The notes under the pieces were generated by a model. The model searched no databases and had not been told where the DNA came from. It worked only from the letters and a program-made list of their open reading frames with translations. A DNA stretch of 54,411 nucleotides, taken from contig JBCCWZ010000001.1 in the NCBI GenBank assembly GCA_039192615.1, forward strand, positions 1 to 54,411, written 5' to 3'. This DNA comes from Bacteroidota bacterium. GTDB taxonomy: Bacteria > Bacteroidota > Bacteroidia > Cytophagales > Amoebophilaceae. This document shows, in pieces, positions 18,940 through 28,664 of the stretch. Both the position numbers and the translations under genes were made by a program. Numbering within the stretch: position 1 is the first letter of the stretch; every line of letters begins with the position of its first letter.

Positions 18940-21354
18940 TTATCCTCTTATCAGTGCTCCTAGTTGGGTCTCAAAAGCACGCATCAGGCGCGCCATTACC
19001 TGGTCAATCGTCTTGTCATCCAGGGTTCTATCTTTTCCTTGCAGTACAAAGCTTAATGCATAGGCTTTTTTGTTGGGGCCCAGCTTTTCTCCTTCGTAGA
19101 CATCAAAGACGGTGAAGTCCTGGATGAGCTTATTATTTTGTTGAGCGATGACTTTCCTCACAGCTTCAAAGCTGACTGCTTGGTCCAGTACCAAAGAAAT
19201 ATCCCTTTTCACCGGCGGGAATTTAGAGATTGCCTGGTACTGCCTGAGGGGCTTCCAATTGCTTAACAAGGTATCCCAATCTATATCCACAAAAAACACA
19301 GGTTGGGCAATGTCCAAGTGCTTCAACAAGGTAGGGTGTACTTGCCCAGCAGTGAGTAGCTGTATCTGGTCTAGTAATATTTGAATGCCCTCCTGATAAA
19401 AAGCACTTTGTAAAGGCTCAGTGGCAAAGTCCGTAACGCCTAGTTGATATAGCACCTGATGCACCAGGACATGCAGCTCCTGGAAGGTCGCCGACTGGGG
19501 CTTTCTCATCCAATTGACCGCTTCCATGTTCCCTGTAAGCCATATCCCTAGCCTGTTGTCTTCTACATATTGTTGGCCCGTCTTGCGATAGATTTTGCCG
19601 AATTCAAAAAGCTTGAGGTCTGACTGTTTTCTATTGATATTGTGGGCGATCACTTCTAGGCCTCCAAAAAGCAGGGTTTGCCTGAGTACATCCAGGGTTT
19701 CACTGAGCGGATTGGTAATAGCGACACTTTGTTGGGAGTCAAGGGCATCAGTTAATTCTGCATAAGCCGATTTTGTCAGTGAATTGGTATAGATTTCATG
19801 ATACCCCTGAGCAGCCAAGAGCGCTGCTACCTGTTGCTTGAATTGATGAGGGGTTGGGTAGCTGGTTCTGGCTAAGTAGGTACTGCCTAGCTGGCCTTTG
19901 GCTTCGATGCGGTCGTAGCCATAGATCCTGGCTATTTCTTCAATGATGTCTGCTTCTCGTTTTACGTCTGTGCGATAGGGGGGGACTGAAGCTATCAAGC
20001 TGTCCGTCTCTTCCTGGCTAATGGTTATCTCCAGTTGTTTGAGAATCTGGTGTATAGTTTCCTTAGGAATCGTTTGCCCTAGCAGTCGCTTGATATGTTT
20101 GTAATGCACTTTTACCCTGGTAGGCTCTATCTTTTCAGGGTAGTGGTCAATCAGCTCAGAGGCAATTTTCCCTTGGGCAATTTCCTGGATCAGTAAGCAA
20201 GCTCGCTGCAATGCGTAGACGGTGCGGTCAGGGTCTGTGCCTCGCTCATACCGGAAGGAAGCATCTGTTTTCAGGGCATGTTGTTTAGCAGCCTTCCTGA
20301 TGATGCCTGGCGAAAAATAGGCACTCTCTAAAAAGATGTTCTGAGTATCTGCGTGGATGCCTGCGTGTTGGCCTCCTAGAATGCCAGCCATGCCTAGGCC
20401 GCCTGCTTGATCAGCAATCATGAGTTCTGTGCCATCCAGTTTTCTTGTTATACCATCTAGCGTGACCAACGAAGTATCTGGCTTAAGCTGTCCGACCGTG
20501 ACCTGCTTCCCCGTAATCTGGTCGTAATCAAATGCATGGAGCGGCTGCCCTAGTTCATGCATGACAAAGTTGGTCACATCCACGATGTTGTTGATCGGGC
20601 TTAGACCAATGGCCCTTAGCTTATCCCTAAGCCACGGGGGAGAGGGTTGTACTTTTACGCCACTGATCGTGATGCCTGCGTACCTTGGACAGGCGCTAGG
20701 GTCTAGCACTTCTACTTGGATGGGTAAGCGCTCTGCAGTTGGCTCAAATGTTGTTACAGTAGGATATTGTACCGAACGGTCTAATAGGGCTCCTAGCTCT
20801 CTGGCAACGCCTAAGTGAGAACAAGCATCACCTCTGTTGGGCGTCAGGTCTATTTCAATAATTTCGTCTGGCTGGCTATGAAAGAGCTGGGCAGCAGGCG
20901 TGCCAGTGGGCAGCGCCGTATCCAATACCATAATGCCTTCATGGGCATCTCCTAGTCCAATCTCATCTTCAGCACAAAGCATTCCCTCTGAAACTTCTCC
21001 TCTAATTTTGGCCTTTTTGATTTTCAACGTTGAGCCGTCTTGGCCGTATAGTTGGGTGCCTACAGGTGCTACGATGACTTTTTGTCCTGTTTGTACATTA
21101 GGAGCGCCACAGACAATGCGCAAGGGGGTATCTTGGCCCACATCAATCTGTGTTACTTGTAGCTGATCAGCATTAGGATGCTTCTCACAAGTCATTACCT
21201 GACCAATCAATAACCCTTTTAAACCTCCCTTAATAGGCTCAAAAATTGTTCTCCCTACTACTTCCAGGCCGCTCTGGGTAAGCAGCTGGGCTACTTCCTC
21301 AGGGCTCTCTGAGAGTTGGATATAGTCTTTGAGCCAGTTCAGTGATATTTTCAT
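18940..21354 (-). CDS. pheT: phenylalanine--tRNA ligase beta subunit
   Basis: It begins with the typical MKISLNWLKDYI, followed by a tRNA-binding domain (CEKHPNADQL), B3/4 and B5 domains, and a C-terminal anticodon-binding-like domain. I prefer the ATG at 21354 over the track start at 21384. Confidence 0.9.
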   Translation of the reverse strand: MKISLNWLKDYIQLSESPEEVAQLLTQSGLEVVGRTIFEPIKGGLKGLLIGQVMTCEKHPNADQLQVTQIDVGQDTPLRIVCGAPNVQTGQKVIVAPVGTQLYGQDGSTLKIKKAKIRGEVSEGMLCAEDEIGLGDAHEGIMVLDTALPTGTPAAQLFHSQPDEIIEIDLTPNRGDACSHLGVARELGALLDRSVQYPTVTTFEPTAERLPIQVEVLDPSACPRYAGITISGVKVQPSPPWLRDKLRAIGLSPINNIVDVTNFVMHELGQPLHAFDYDQITGKQVTVGQLKPDTSLVTLDGITRKLDGTELMIADQAGGLGMAGILGGQHAGIHADTQNIFLESAYFSPGIIRKAAKQHALKTDASFRYERGTDPDRTVYALQRACLLIQEIAQGKIASELIDHYPEKIEPTRVKVHYKHIKRLLGQTIPKETIHQILKQLEITISQEETDSLIASVPPYRTDVKREADIIEEIARIYGYDRIEAKGQLGSTYLARTSYPTPHQFKQQVAALLAAQGYHEIYTNSLTKSAYAELTDALDSQQSVAITNPLSETLDVLRQTLLFGGLEVIAHNINRKQSDLKLFEFGKIYRKTGQQYVEDNRLGIWLTGNMEAVNWMRKPQSATFQELHVLVHQVLYQLGVTDFATEPLQSAFYQEGIQILLDQIQLLTAGQVHPTLLKHLDIAQPVFFVDIDWDTLLSNWKPLRQYQAISKFPPVKRDISLVLDQAVSFEAVRKVIAQQNNKLIQDFTVFDVYEGEKLGPNKKAYALSFVLQGKDRTLDDKTIDQVMARLMRAFETQLGALIRG

Positions 21355-21448
21355 GGTGAGAAGTGCTATGCTAGTAAACTCCAAAAAACAGCAGCAAAAT
21401 TAATAATTCTCCTACTTCCTGCTCGGTGCCCTCGTGGGAATAGGCACT

Positions 21449-22186
21449 CTAGCCCTGCATAGCGATAATAGGAGTGGGTTTAAAAAGGAGCCTGTCGTCA
21501 GCAAAGCTAAAATAAGAACTCCCTGCCACAATGATATGATCCAAGACTGTGATGTCTAGAAACTTGCCTCCTTCGATCAGTTTTTTAGTCAAGGTAATAT
21601 CCTTATCGCTCGGCTCTGGATTACCAGATGGATGGTTGTGCACCAAAATGATGCCTGCTGCCTGATGATCAAGCGCAGCTCTAAAGACAAGCTTAGGGTC
21701 TGCCAGGGTGGCATCTACACCTCCACTGCTAATGAATTGTTTTTTTATCAGGTAGTTGGCCTTATTAATGAGAATGACCCAGAATTCTTCGATGGGTTTG
21801 TCTGCTAGCTCTGGCTGTATCAAATGGTAAACACTGCTCGAGTCATGCAACCTGGGTCGAGGCGCTATATTTTGGTCTTTTCTTCTTCTACTTAGCTCCA
21901 TCGCACTGGCGATGGTAATAGCCTTGGCTTCCCCAATACCTTTGAAGCGCTGGAGCTCTTTGACAGAACACTTGGCTAATAAATTCAGATCATTGTCATA
22001 GTGCTTCAGAATGAGCTGGGCAAGATTGACAGCGCTCAATTTTTGTGTTCCTGACCCTATTAAAATACCAATAAGCTCTGCTTCAGTCAGGACAGCACTG
22101 CCTTTTTGCATGAGCTTTTCTCTGGGCCTATCTGCCGTGGCCCAATCCTGTATCCTTAAGTGGGGAGCTTCTATGCAGGTATTCAT
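21449..22186 (-). CDS. radC: RadC-family JAB/MPN domain protein
   Basis: 245 aa: RPREKLMQKG..LTEAELIGILIGSG, HhH (FKGIGEAKA), and the JAMM motif HNHPSGNPEPSDKD. Confidence 0.85.
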   Translation of the reverse strand: MNTCIEAPHLRIQDWATADRPREKLMQKGSAVLTEAELIGILIGSGTQKLSAVNLAQLILKHYDNDLNLLAKCSVKELQRFKGIGEAKAITIASAMELSRRRKDQNIAPRPRLHDSSSVYHLIQPELADKPIEEFWVILINKANYLIKKQFISSGGVDATLADPKLVFRAALDHQAAGIILVHNHPSGNPEPSDKDITLTKKLIEGGKFLDITVLDHIIVAGSSYFSFADDRLLFKPTPIIAMQG

Positions 22187-22231
22187 GTTGACTTGTGATA
22201 AGAACTACCTGGTAAGATATATTCCTATTCT

Positions 22232-22267
22232 TAAATAAGAAAAGACCTGGTAGAAAATACTACCAGG
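22232..22267 (-). terminator. rho-independent terminator downstream of rpsT
   Basis: A perfect 8-bp stem cctggtag/ctaccagg (22246-22253 / 22260-22267) with a 6-nt loop. On the minus strand it is followed by TCTTTTCTTATTTA. Confidence 0.6.
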
Positions 22268-22292
22268 CCTTTATGAGGACTTATGTTTTTGA

Positions 22293-22544
22293 CTATGATT
22301 TACTGACCAATCTGGCTAAAGTTGATTTGTTATGAGCTGCCTTGTTTTTGTGGATAATATTCCTGGCCGCCAGTTTATCGAGCATAGAAGCCACTTTCTT
22401 AAACAACGTTTCGGCCTCTTGCTGTTCTGTAGTACTCCTGAGTTTTTTGATAAAAGTCCTACACGTTTTCAGTTGATACCTATTGCGGAGGCGTTTTGTT
22501 TCGTTGGAGCGGATACGCTTGAGGGCTGATTGATGATTGGCCAT
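22293..22544 (-). CDS. rpsT: 30S ribosomal protein S20
   Basis: MANHQSALKRIRSNETKRLRNRYQLKTCRTFIKKLR..AARNIIHKNKAAHNKS. I prefer the internal ATG at 22544; the track ORF has a 27-aa N-terminal extension. Confidence 0.9.
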   Translation of the reverse strand: MANHQSALKRIRSNETKRLRNRYQLKTCRTFIKKLRSTTEQQEAETLFKKVASMLDKLAARNIIHKNKAAHNKSTLARLVSKS

Positions 22545-22702
22545 ATTGTGTACAATTATATACTGCGAGAGCATTGCAAATGTAAAAGCTCTTCCATAGA
22601 AAAAAAAGCTTCCTAGGTGACACACTGCTAAATAAAATTATTTCCACAAAAATTTGTCCCGCCCTGGTAGCTTTTGAACTCATGTAGCAACCATCGACCT
22701 TT

Positions 22703-23656
22703 ATGAGAAGACTTATAATCATCCTACTCCTGCTCTTTTTCCCCACCTCCTCATCCTTAGGCTGGGGGTTTTTTGCCCACAAGCAGATCAACAAGCATGC
22801 TGTGTTTACCCTGCCGCCTCCTATGTTTGCTTTTTATAAGCATCACCTCCATTTCATCACTGAAAATGCCGTTAATCCAGATAAGAGACGCTACGTAGTA
22901 GAAGGAGAAGCGCCTCGGCACTACATTGATATAGAACGTTATGGGGACAGGGCGCTTGAGAAAATACCTAGGTACTGGCACCAAGCTGTAGAGTTATATA
23001 CGGAGGAAGTACTGCAGCAGCATGGTATCCTACCTTGGCATATTTACCGCATGAAGCAGGCACTCACATCGGCTTTTCGGCAAAAGGACGTTAAGCGGAT
23101 TTTGAAGCTTTCAGCGGACATAGGGCATTATATTGCTGACGCCAACGTGCCGCTGCATACGTCAGAGAATTATAATGGACAACTTACAGGCCAGGAGGGG
23201 ATTCACGGGCTTTGGGAGACGCGCTTGCCAGAACTCTTTTTCGACAGCTATGATTTGTTTATAGGCAGGGCAGCCTACATAAAAGCTCCCCGGCAAAGGG
23301 CTTGGGAAGCGATTATCACAGCCCATCAGGCAGTAGACAGCGTGTTGGCTTTGGAGAAAAAACTCTCTAAAGAATTTCCTGCTATCAAGCAATATAGTTT
23401 TGAACAACGAGGAGCTACCTTACAAAAAGTCTACTCTAGAGCATATGCAAAAGCCTATCATGCGATGCTTGAAGGGCAAGTAGAGCGGCAAATAAGAGCT
23501 TCCATCAAGATGGTAGGAGATTTCTGGCTGACTTGCTGGGTAGATGCAGGACAGCCTGACCTGGATGCATTGCTAAAGCTTCCTCTACAAGAAGACCAAC
23601 TCGAGGAGTACCTCCCAGCGCAGAAAAAGCTACCCGTGCGGACTTGTGGCGAATAA
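22703..23656 (+). CDS. secreted zinc-dependent phospholipase C / S1-P1 nuclease-like superfamily protein
   Basis: 317 aa with a signal peptide (MRRLIIILLLLFFPTSSSLG), then WGFFAHKQIN and HYIADANVPLHTSENYNG metal-ligand-like motifs. The family call is from memory of similar Cytophagales proteins and is not verified. Confidence 0.45.
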   Translation: MRRLIIILLLLFFPTSSSLGWGFFAHKQINKHAVFTLPPPMFAFYKHHLHFITENAVNPDKRRYVVEGEAPRHYIDIERYGDRALEKIPRYWHQAVELYTEEVLQQHGILPWHIYRMKQALTSAFRQKDVKRILKLSADIGHYIADANVPLHTSENYNGQLTGQEGIHGLWETRLPELFFDSYDLFIGRAAYIKAPRQRAWEAIITAHQAVDSVLALEKKLSKEFPAIKQYSFEQRGATLQKVYSRAYAKAYHAMLEGQVERQIRASIKMVGDFWLTCWVDAGQPDLDALLKLPLQEDQLEEYLPAQKKLPVRTCGE

Positions 23657-23726
23657 CCAGTAACACGCAACCAGCCAATCAGCTAGTCACCCAATAAATC
23701 AATCACCCAATCAAAAAATGAATAAA

Positions 23727-23816
23727 TGGCAGAGGGTGAGGGATTCGAACCCCCGGTACTCTCGCGAGTACAACGGTTTTCAAGACCGCCGCGTTAAACC
23801 GCTCCGCCAACCCTCT
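23727..23816 (-). tRNA. tRNA-Ser (anticodon UGA)
   Basis: Cloverleaf folded by hand. Acceptor stem AGAGGGT/ACCCTCT, anticodon stem-loop GCGGT-CTTGAAA-ACCGT (anticodon TGA), long variable arm (GTACTCGCGAGAGTAC), T arm GGGGG-TTCGAAT-CCCTC, discriminator G, and an encoded CCA. Confidence 0.9.
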
Positions 23817-23928
23817 GAGTGATCAGGCAAGCAAAATTAATGCAATAAAGTGACTCATACCAAATTAGACTCCCCAAGCAATTAGGAAAACATGATACAT
23901 TCCTCTTTGAGCATTAGCTACACCATTT

Positions 23929-25164
23929 CTAGCCTTCTACTTCCCGTGCTACAAGGATACTCGTCTTCGCAGCTACGCGAGCCGGCCGATAAGCAGCCAT
24001 GAGCGTCATACATACGACACCTATGGCCGTAAACACAAAATCACTTACTTGCATCTTAATAGGATAAGCCTTTACCAGACTCGTCTGTGCCCCCAAAGAG
24101 ACCAATCCAAACGTCTGTTGCAGCCAACCAAGCCCCCAAGCAGCCGCCATACCTACAGCCGTCCCACTCAAGGCAATCAGCAATCCCTCGATGAGAAAGA
24201 TACGCTGGATAGCCTGTGGCGTTGCTCCTAAGGTATGTAGTACAGCCATGTCTTGCCTTTTGTCTAGTACCAGCATGGAGATAATAAAGAAGATATTCAA
24301 GGAAGCAACAAAGAGGATAAATGCAAAAGTCAAGAACACAAAAAGCCGCTCCACATGAATAGCCTGCATGAGTGTAGCCTGTTGTTCCTGGCTATTGAGC
24401 ACTTGGAAGCGATCTGGCACACAGCGTTTCAGGATTCGCTGGACTTGACGAATAGAAAAGCCCTTCGTTACCTGTATTTCTAAAGCAGTCCGTTTATTCT
24501 CCATGCCCATCAGCATAGTTGCAAAGTCAATAGGAACAATCACATAGCTTTCATCAAACTGCTTCTCTACAGCAAAGACTGCCCCGGGCCTGATATTTTT
24601 ACAGGCATACAGGGGTTGGGGTAGTCCGGCGTTACTAGTCAGGTGGCGAGGATAGAAGACTTGCATGGTATGCGATGACTTGGAAATAGGAACGGATAAC
24701 GCATACTGTACCCCTCTGCCTAGCATAGCCCAAGCTTCATTGCCTTGCGTGAGCTTGAAATCACCTTGCTGAATGAACGGCTCTAGGCGACTTTGATGAA
24801 GAAACGATGCTGATACACCTTTCAGCTTGATGATGACTTGGCGGTCTTGGTAACGGAGCAAAGCATTATCTTCTGCCACCTCCACTACCTTCGCTACCCC
24901 TTCTATAGCAGTTAATTGGCGGCGTAGGTTTGGATCCAATGCAAAAGCTTTTCCTTTCTTGAGGGTGATCTTAATGTCTGGATCAAAAGAACGAAATAAA
25001 GTTTTGATAAATTCTTCTAAGCCATTAAAAACAGATAACACTAACAGGAGCGCCATGGTGCTCAAGGCCACACTAAGAAAAGAAATGAGCCCTATCCGAT
25101 GGATTAAATTCTTTTGGCCACCCCGGTAGAAGTAGCGTTGCGCAACGAAAAACGGAAATTTCAT
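23929..25164 (-). CDS. ABC transporter permease, FtsX/LolE-like
   Basis: 411 aa with an N-terminal TM, a large periplasmic MacB-like domain, and three C-terminal TMs of the FtsX type. Confidence 0.7.
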   Translation of the reverse strand: MKFPFFVAQRYFYRGGQKNLIHRIGLISFLSVALSTMALLLVLSVFNGLEEFIKTLFRSFDPDIKITLKKGKAFALDPNLRRQLTAIEGVAKVVEVAEDNALLRYQDRQVIIKLKGVSASFLHQSRLEPFIQQGDFKLTQGNEAWAMLGRGVQYALSVPISKSSHTMQVFYPRHLTSNAGLPQPLYACKNIRPGAVFAVEKQFDESYVIVPIDFATMLMGMENKRTALEIQVTKGFSIRQVQRILKRCVPDRFQVLNSQEQQATLMQAIHVERLFVFLTFAFILFVASLNIFFIISMLVLDKRQDMAVLHTLGATPQAIQRIFLIEGLLIALSGTAVGMAAAWGLGWLQQTFGLVSLGAQTSLVKAYPIKMQVSDFVFTAIGVVCMTLMAAYRPARVAAKTSILVAREVEG

Positions 25165-25372
25165 TTGACAAGCGATGCTAGGTACAGCCCCTAGATGAAG
25201 GCTACGCGTACTTTTTACGCCAAAATGGCCATAAGATTTTTTACAAATTTAGCTGCTCGTGCTGAGAAAATTGCTAGCAAGAGCTCTTGTTCACGGAATG
25301 ATAAAAATATTAAATTGGCGACCGCTTATAATGAACACTAAACTAGTAGCTCTTAATTAAAAATAACTGACT

Positions 25373-25591
25373 ATGTACTGGACACTTGAATTGGCCTCTT
25401 ATCTAGATGACGCTCCCTGGCCAGCCACCAAAGACGAACTCCTTGACTATGCGAAGCGCTCAGGAGCCCCCTTAGAGGTACAAGAGAATCTACAGGAGCT
25501 TGAAGATGATACACAGCCGTATACCAAGATTGAAGAGATATGGCCCGATTATCCAGACAAAGCAGACTTCTTCTTTGATGACGATTATTAA
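25373..25591 (+). CDS. DUF2795 domain protein
   Basis: 72 aa: PWPATKDELLDYAKRSGAPLEVQENLQEL resembles DUF2795. The call is from memory. Confidence 0.55.
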   Translation: MYWTLELASYLDDAPWPATKDELLDYAKRSGAPLEVQENLQELEDDTQPYTKIEEIWPDYPDKADFFFDDDY

Positions 25592-25643
25592 AGGTAGAGG
25601 CTGTGCATCGTCAGCAAACAACTATGGCACAATGAACACCTTG

Positions 25644-26918
25644 CTATGCCTTGGCATCAGGCTGAAACACGGCCTGATAAATGTCCGGTCTTTGGTGAGC
25701 TAACAAAACCTCCTTTTGCGCAAGCCATGCCTGGCCCAGGCGCTCGTCTCCATGCAAGACCGTCAGCAGGTTCACCTGCGGCTGGGCGTTAATTCTGAAG
25801 CGCTGGCCAAGTGCTGCAGCCAGTCCTTTTGTTTGATAATGATCATTGTTCAAGCACATAGTCAGCTTAAATGCCTCTCTTTCCATTAGGTTGGCCCGTA
25901 GATCTTGCTGCTCTAATTGATGAACAACTTCCTGCATACACGCTTCACTAAAGAAAGTTAAGTCATCCAAGCTGAGCTGTACTAGTACCTGATTCTCTTG
26001 GAGAACATAAATAGGATGCTCAACCTGAGCAAAGCCATTCATGACCACTGTGCCCCTTTCATGCGGGTCATGAAAAGGTCGAACATAAAGCGGAATATGG
26101 TGCGCAGCGAGCGGCTGTATGGTTTTAGGATGGACTACCTTAGCTCCATAAAAAGCCATTTCTTCCATTGCCTGGTAAGAAAGCTCACTAAATTTAGTAG
26201 CCTCCTCAAATAACTTAGGGTCTGCATTCATCACCCCAGGTACATCCTTCCAAATAGTCAAAGACTCTGCTCCCAAAGCAGCAGCCAAGATAGCCCCTGT
26301 AAAATCAGACCCCTCTTTGCCCAAAGTAGTTGTCTCGCCTTTCTCATTACTCCCAATAAACCCCTGTGTGAGTACTACCTGTTTTTGTCCAAGAAGTGGT
26401 AGAAAATCATTTTGTATCAAACGCTGCGTTGTTGCCCAATCCACCTGCGCATGGCAGAAACCCCAGTTCGTCTTCACATAATCCCTTGCATCTAGCCAGG
26501 TACAAGCCACCTGCTGTTCTTGCAGGTAATAGGCAATCAATCTAGAAGCCAACAACTCTCCTTCCGCTACTATACGACTATAAGTCTTGTCGGAGGACAC
26601 ATCCGTAATAGGCAACCTCATCACAGCTAAGAGTGTATCCTGCCACGCATTAAGCATTTGATAGGCCACCTCGCGCAAGCCATCCAAAAGTTGATCAATC
26701 ATATGTCTATGAAACTCATAAAGCTTTTGGAGCTGGGGGGCATAAGGCTGTCCTGCTACTTGACACTGCAAAATCTCCTCTAGCGCCTGCGTTGTTTTGC
26801 CTAGCGCTGAGACCACAACTACTAAAGAGCCAGGTTTTTCAGCTTGGATAAGCTGTGCAAGCTTGCGTATGGACTCGGAATTTTGAATAACACCCCCTCC
26901 AAACTTGTATACTTTCAT
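25644..26918 (-). CDS. lysC: aspartate kinase
   Basis: 424 aa: MKVYKFGGGVI, VVVSALGKTT, GFIGSNEKGETTTLGKEGSDFTGAILAAAL, and C-terminal ACT-like domains. Confidence 0.85.
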   Translation of the reverse strand: MKVYKFGGGVIQNSESIRKLAQLIQAEKPGSLVVVVSALGKTTQALEEILQCQVAGQPYAPQLQKLYEFHRHMIDQLLDGLREVAYQMLNAWQDTLLAVMRLPITDVSSDKTYSRIVAEGELLASRLIAYYLQEQQVACTWLDARDYVKTNWGFCHAQVDWATTQRLIQNDFLPLLGQKQVVLTQGFIGSNEKGETTTLGKEGSDFTGAILAAALGAESLTIWKDVPGVMNADPKLFEEATKFSELSYQAMEEMAFYGAKVVHPKTIQPLAAHHIPLYVRPFHDPHERGTVVMNGFAQVEHPIYVLQENQVLVQLSLDDLTFFSEACMQEVVHQLEQQDLRANLMEREAFKLTMCLNNDHYQTKGLAAALGQRFRINAQPQVNLLTVLHGDERLGQAWLAQKEVLLAHQRPDIYQAVFQPDAKA

Positions 26919-27010
26919 AGGTGAGATAGAACAAATAGGTTCTTAAACGGCATACAAAGTTACGCAGTAGCCTGTAGAATTTGATAACTTGGTGGTGCCT
27001 TTGGAACAAC

Positions 27011-28015
27011 ATGCTTATGAAAAAACAGCCCCCCCTTATCCCGCCTGATGTAGCCCTTTCCTTGACGCAGTTCTTCAAGGAGGAACAGCAGCAGTTGTCT
27101 GACCTCCCGCCTGCCTTACTACCTATTCTAAAAGCAATTATTTCGGCTGGTAAAACAATCAACGAAGTAGTAAGAAAGCTAGCCCTAACCGGCCTCCTAG
27201 GTACCCGAGGGACGTACAATGCTTCGGGTGATGAGCAGCAAAAACTAGACTTGCTGGCCCATGAGGCGTTTGTACACACACTCGCAGCCACGGGTGAGGT
27301 AGCGGCAGTGATTTCAGAAGAAGAGGCTGATATAATCGTGATGCCGAACCACGACGGCAACTATGTGGTAGCCATTGACCCTCTAGACGGCTCGCCCAAC
27401 ATTGATGTGAATGCGTCTATTGGAACGATATTTTCTGTGTACCAACGCCGTTCCTCGCAGCCTACCCCTATGCAAGCAGCAGATGTATTGCAAGCAGGAC
27501 AGCACCAACTGGCTGCCGGTTATATCCTGTATGGCACCGCCACGATGCTTGTTTATACGGTAGGAAACGGTGTGCATGGCTTTACTTATGACCCTGCTGC
27601 AGATGACTTTCTGTTAGCTTATCAGGCCATGAAGATGCCCCAGGATGGAAAAAGTTATGCCGTTAACGATGGATATTTCGATGTTTTCCCTAGCTATGTG
27701 CAGCGTTATATCCAGCAATGTAGGCAGCAGGGCTATGCGGCGCGGTACATGGGCGCCTTAGTAGCAGACTTTCATCGGCACCTGCTCCAGGGAGGTATCT
27801 ATCTCTATCCGCCTACCCAAAAGAATCCTGAAGGCAAGCTCAGGCTTACGTTAGAATGCAATGCACTGGCTTTTATTGCTAAGCAAGCAGGCGGCTTAGC
27901 CAGCAATGGCCATCAAGCCATACTCACCATCCAACCCCAAACCATCCACCAGCGTGTGCCCCTCTATATCGGTTCCCAAAACATGGTGGAAAGTCTGTTG
28001 GCCATCATTGATTGA
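27011..28015 (+). CDS. fbp: class 1 fructose-1,6-bisphosphatase
   Basis: TLTQFFKEEQ.., GDEQQKLDLLAHE, VAIDPLDGSPNIDVNASIGTIFS, RYMGALVADFHRHLLQGGIYLYP. The start is at ATG 27011 or 27017; the track ORF begins at an upstream TTG. Confidence 0.9.
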   Translation: MLMKKQPPLIPPDVALSLTQFFKEEQQQLSDLPPALLPILKAIISAGKTINEVVRKLALTGLLGTRGTYNASGDEQQKLDLLAHEAFVHTLAATGEVAAVISEEEADIIVMPNHDGNYVVAIDPLDGSPNIDVNASIGTIFSVYQRRSSQPTPMQAADVLQAGQHQLAAGYILYGTATMLVYTVGNGVHGFTYDPAADDFLLAYQAMKMPQDGKSYAVNDGYFDVFPSYVQRYIQQCRQQGYAARYMGALVADFHRHLLQGGIYLYPPTQKNPEGKLRLTLECNALAFIAKQAGGLASNGHQAILTIQPQTIHQRVPLYIGSQNMVESLLAIID

Positions 28016-28033
28016 ATGAGCTAAGAAGGGCCT

Positions 28034-28618
28034 TTACTTACCCAACTCTGGAGCCAGCGCCCGCTTAGCCCGCTCTTGCCACTTGGCCGCGTAAATACTA
28101 TTGAGCTTCGCATCTTGGATCAAAAGCAGATTCTCTGCATTTCTCTTTTCAGCCGCCTGCGTCCAATTAAAGGAGCCCGTGAGCACATACGCATCATCAA
28201 TGATCATCACTTTGTTGTGGGCGATGCCCGGCACCTTATCCACAGCCACATTAATACCCTGCTTCATCACATGACGTACTTGGCTGTATTTGCTCTTTAA
28301 TTGGGAGCGATCTACCAATATCTTAACCTCTACGCCTCGCTGATGGGCAGCAATGAGGGCATCGGCAATAGGCAAAGAAGTGAAGCCATAGGCTTGTACC
28401 AGAACACGTTTTTTTGCTTGCGTAATTGTCTCTTCCACCAGCTGCGTACAACGCCCGCCTGGGCTAAACCGTACTTGAATGGTAGCCTCAGGGGTGGATA
28501 AGAGGGCAGTAGAGGCTGCCTGGTGATAAATCCCTACTTCGTAGCCTAGGATACCCCCTATGATGAAGGCAACTAGAATAGTAGGTTTGAGCTTGGCTTT
28601 TTTTGTTTTACGAGGCAA
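28034..28618 (-). CDS. phospholipase D family (single-HKD, Nuc-like) protein with N-terminal TM/signal anchor
   Basis: 194 aa with the HKD motif IAHNKVMIIDDAYVLTGSFNWT and an N-terminal hydrophobic segment. Confidence 0.75.
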   Translation of the reverse strand: MPRKTKKAKLKPTILVAFIIGGILGYEVGIYHQAASTALLSTPEATIQVRFSPGGRCTQLVEETITQAKKRVLVQAYGFTSLPIADALIAAHQRGVEVKILVDRSQLKSKYSQVRHVMKQGINVAVDKVPGIAHNKVMIIDDAYVLTGSFNWTQAAEKRNAENLLLIQDAKLNSIYAAKWQERAKRALAPELGK

Positions 28619-28664
28619 AATGAGGCGAACTGGAGCTACTTAACATTAACCTAAGTTAGGCAAA

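Noticed and set aside
23657-23726. Short direct repeat tcacccaat x2 and an A/T-rich tract next to tRNA-Ser, considered as a possible att site.
   Set aside because: The repeat is only 9 bp, which is expected by chance. It does not overlap the tRNA 3' end, and no integrase is adjacent.
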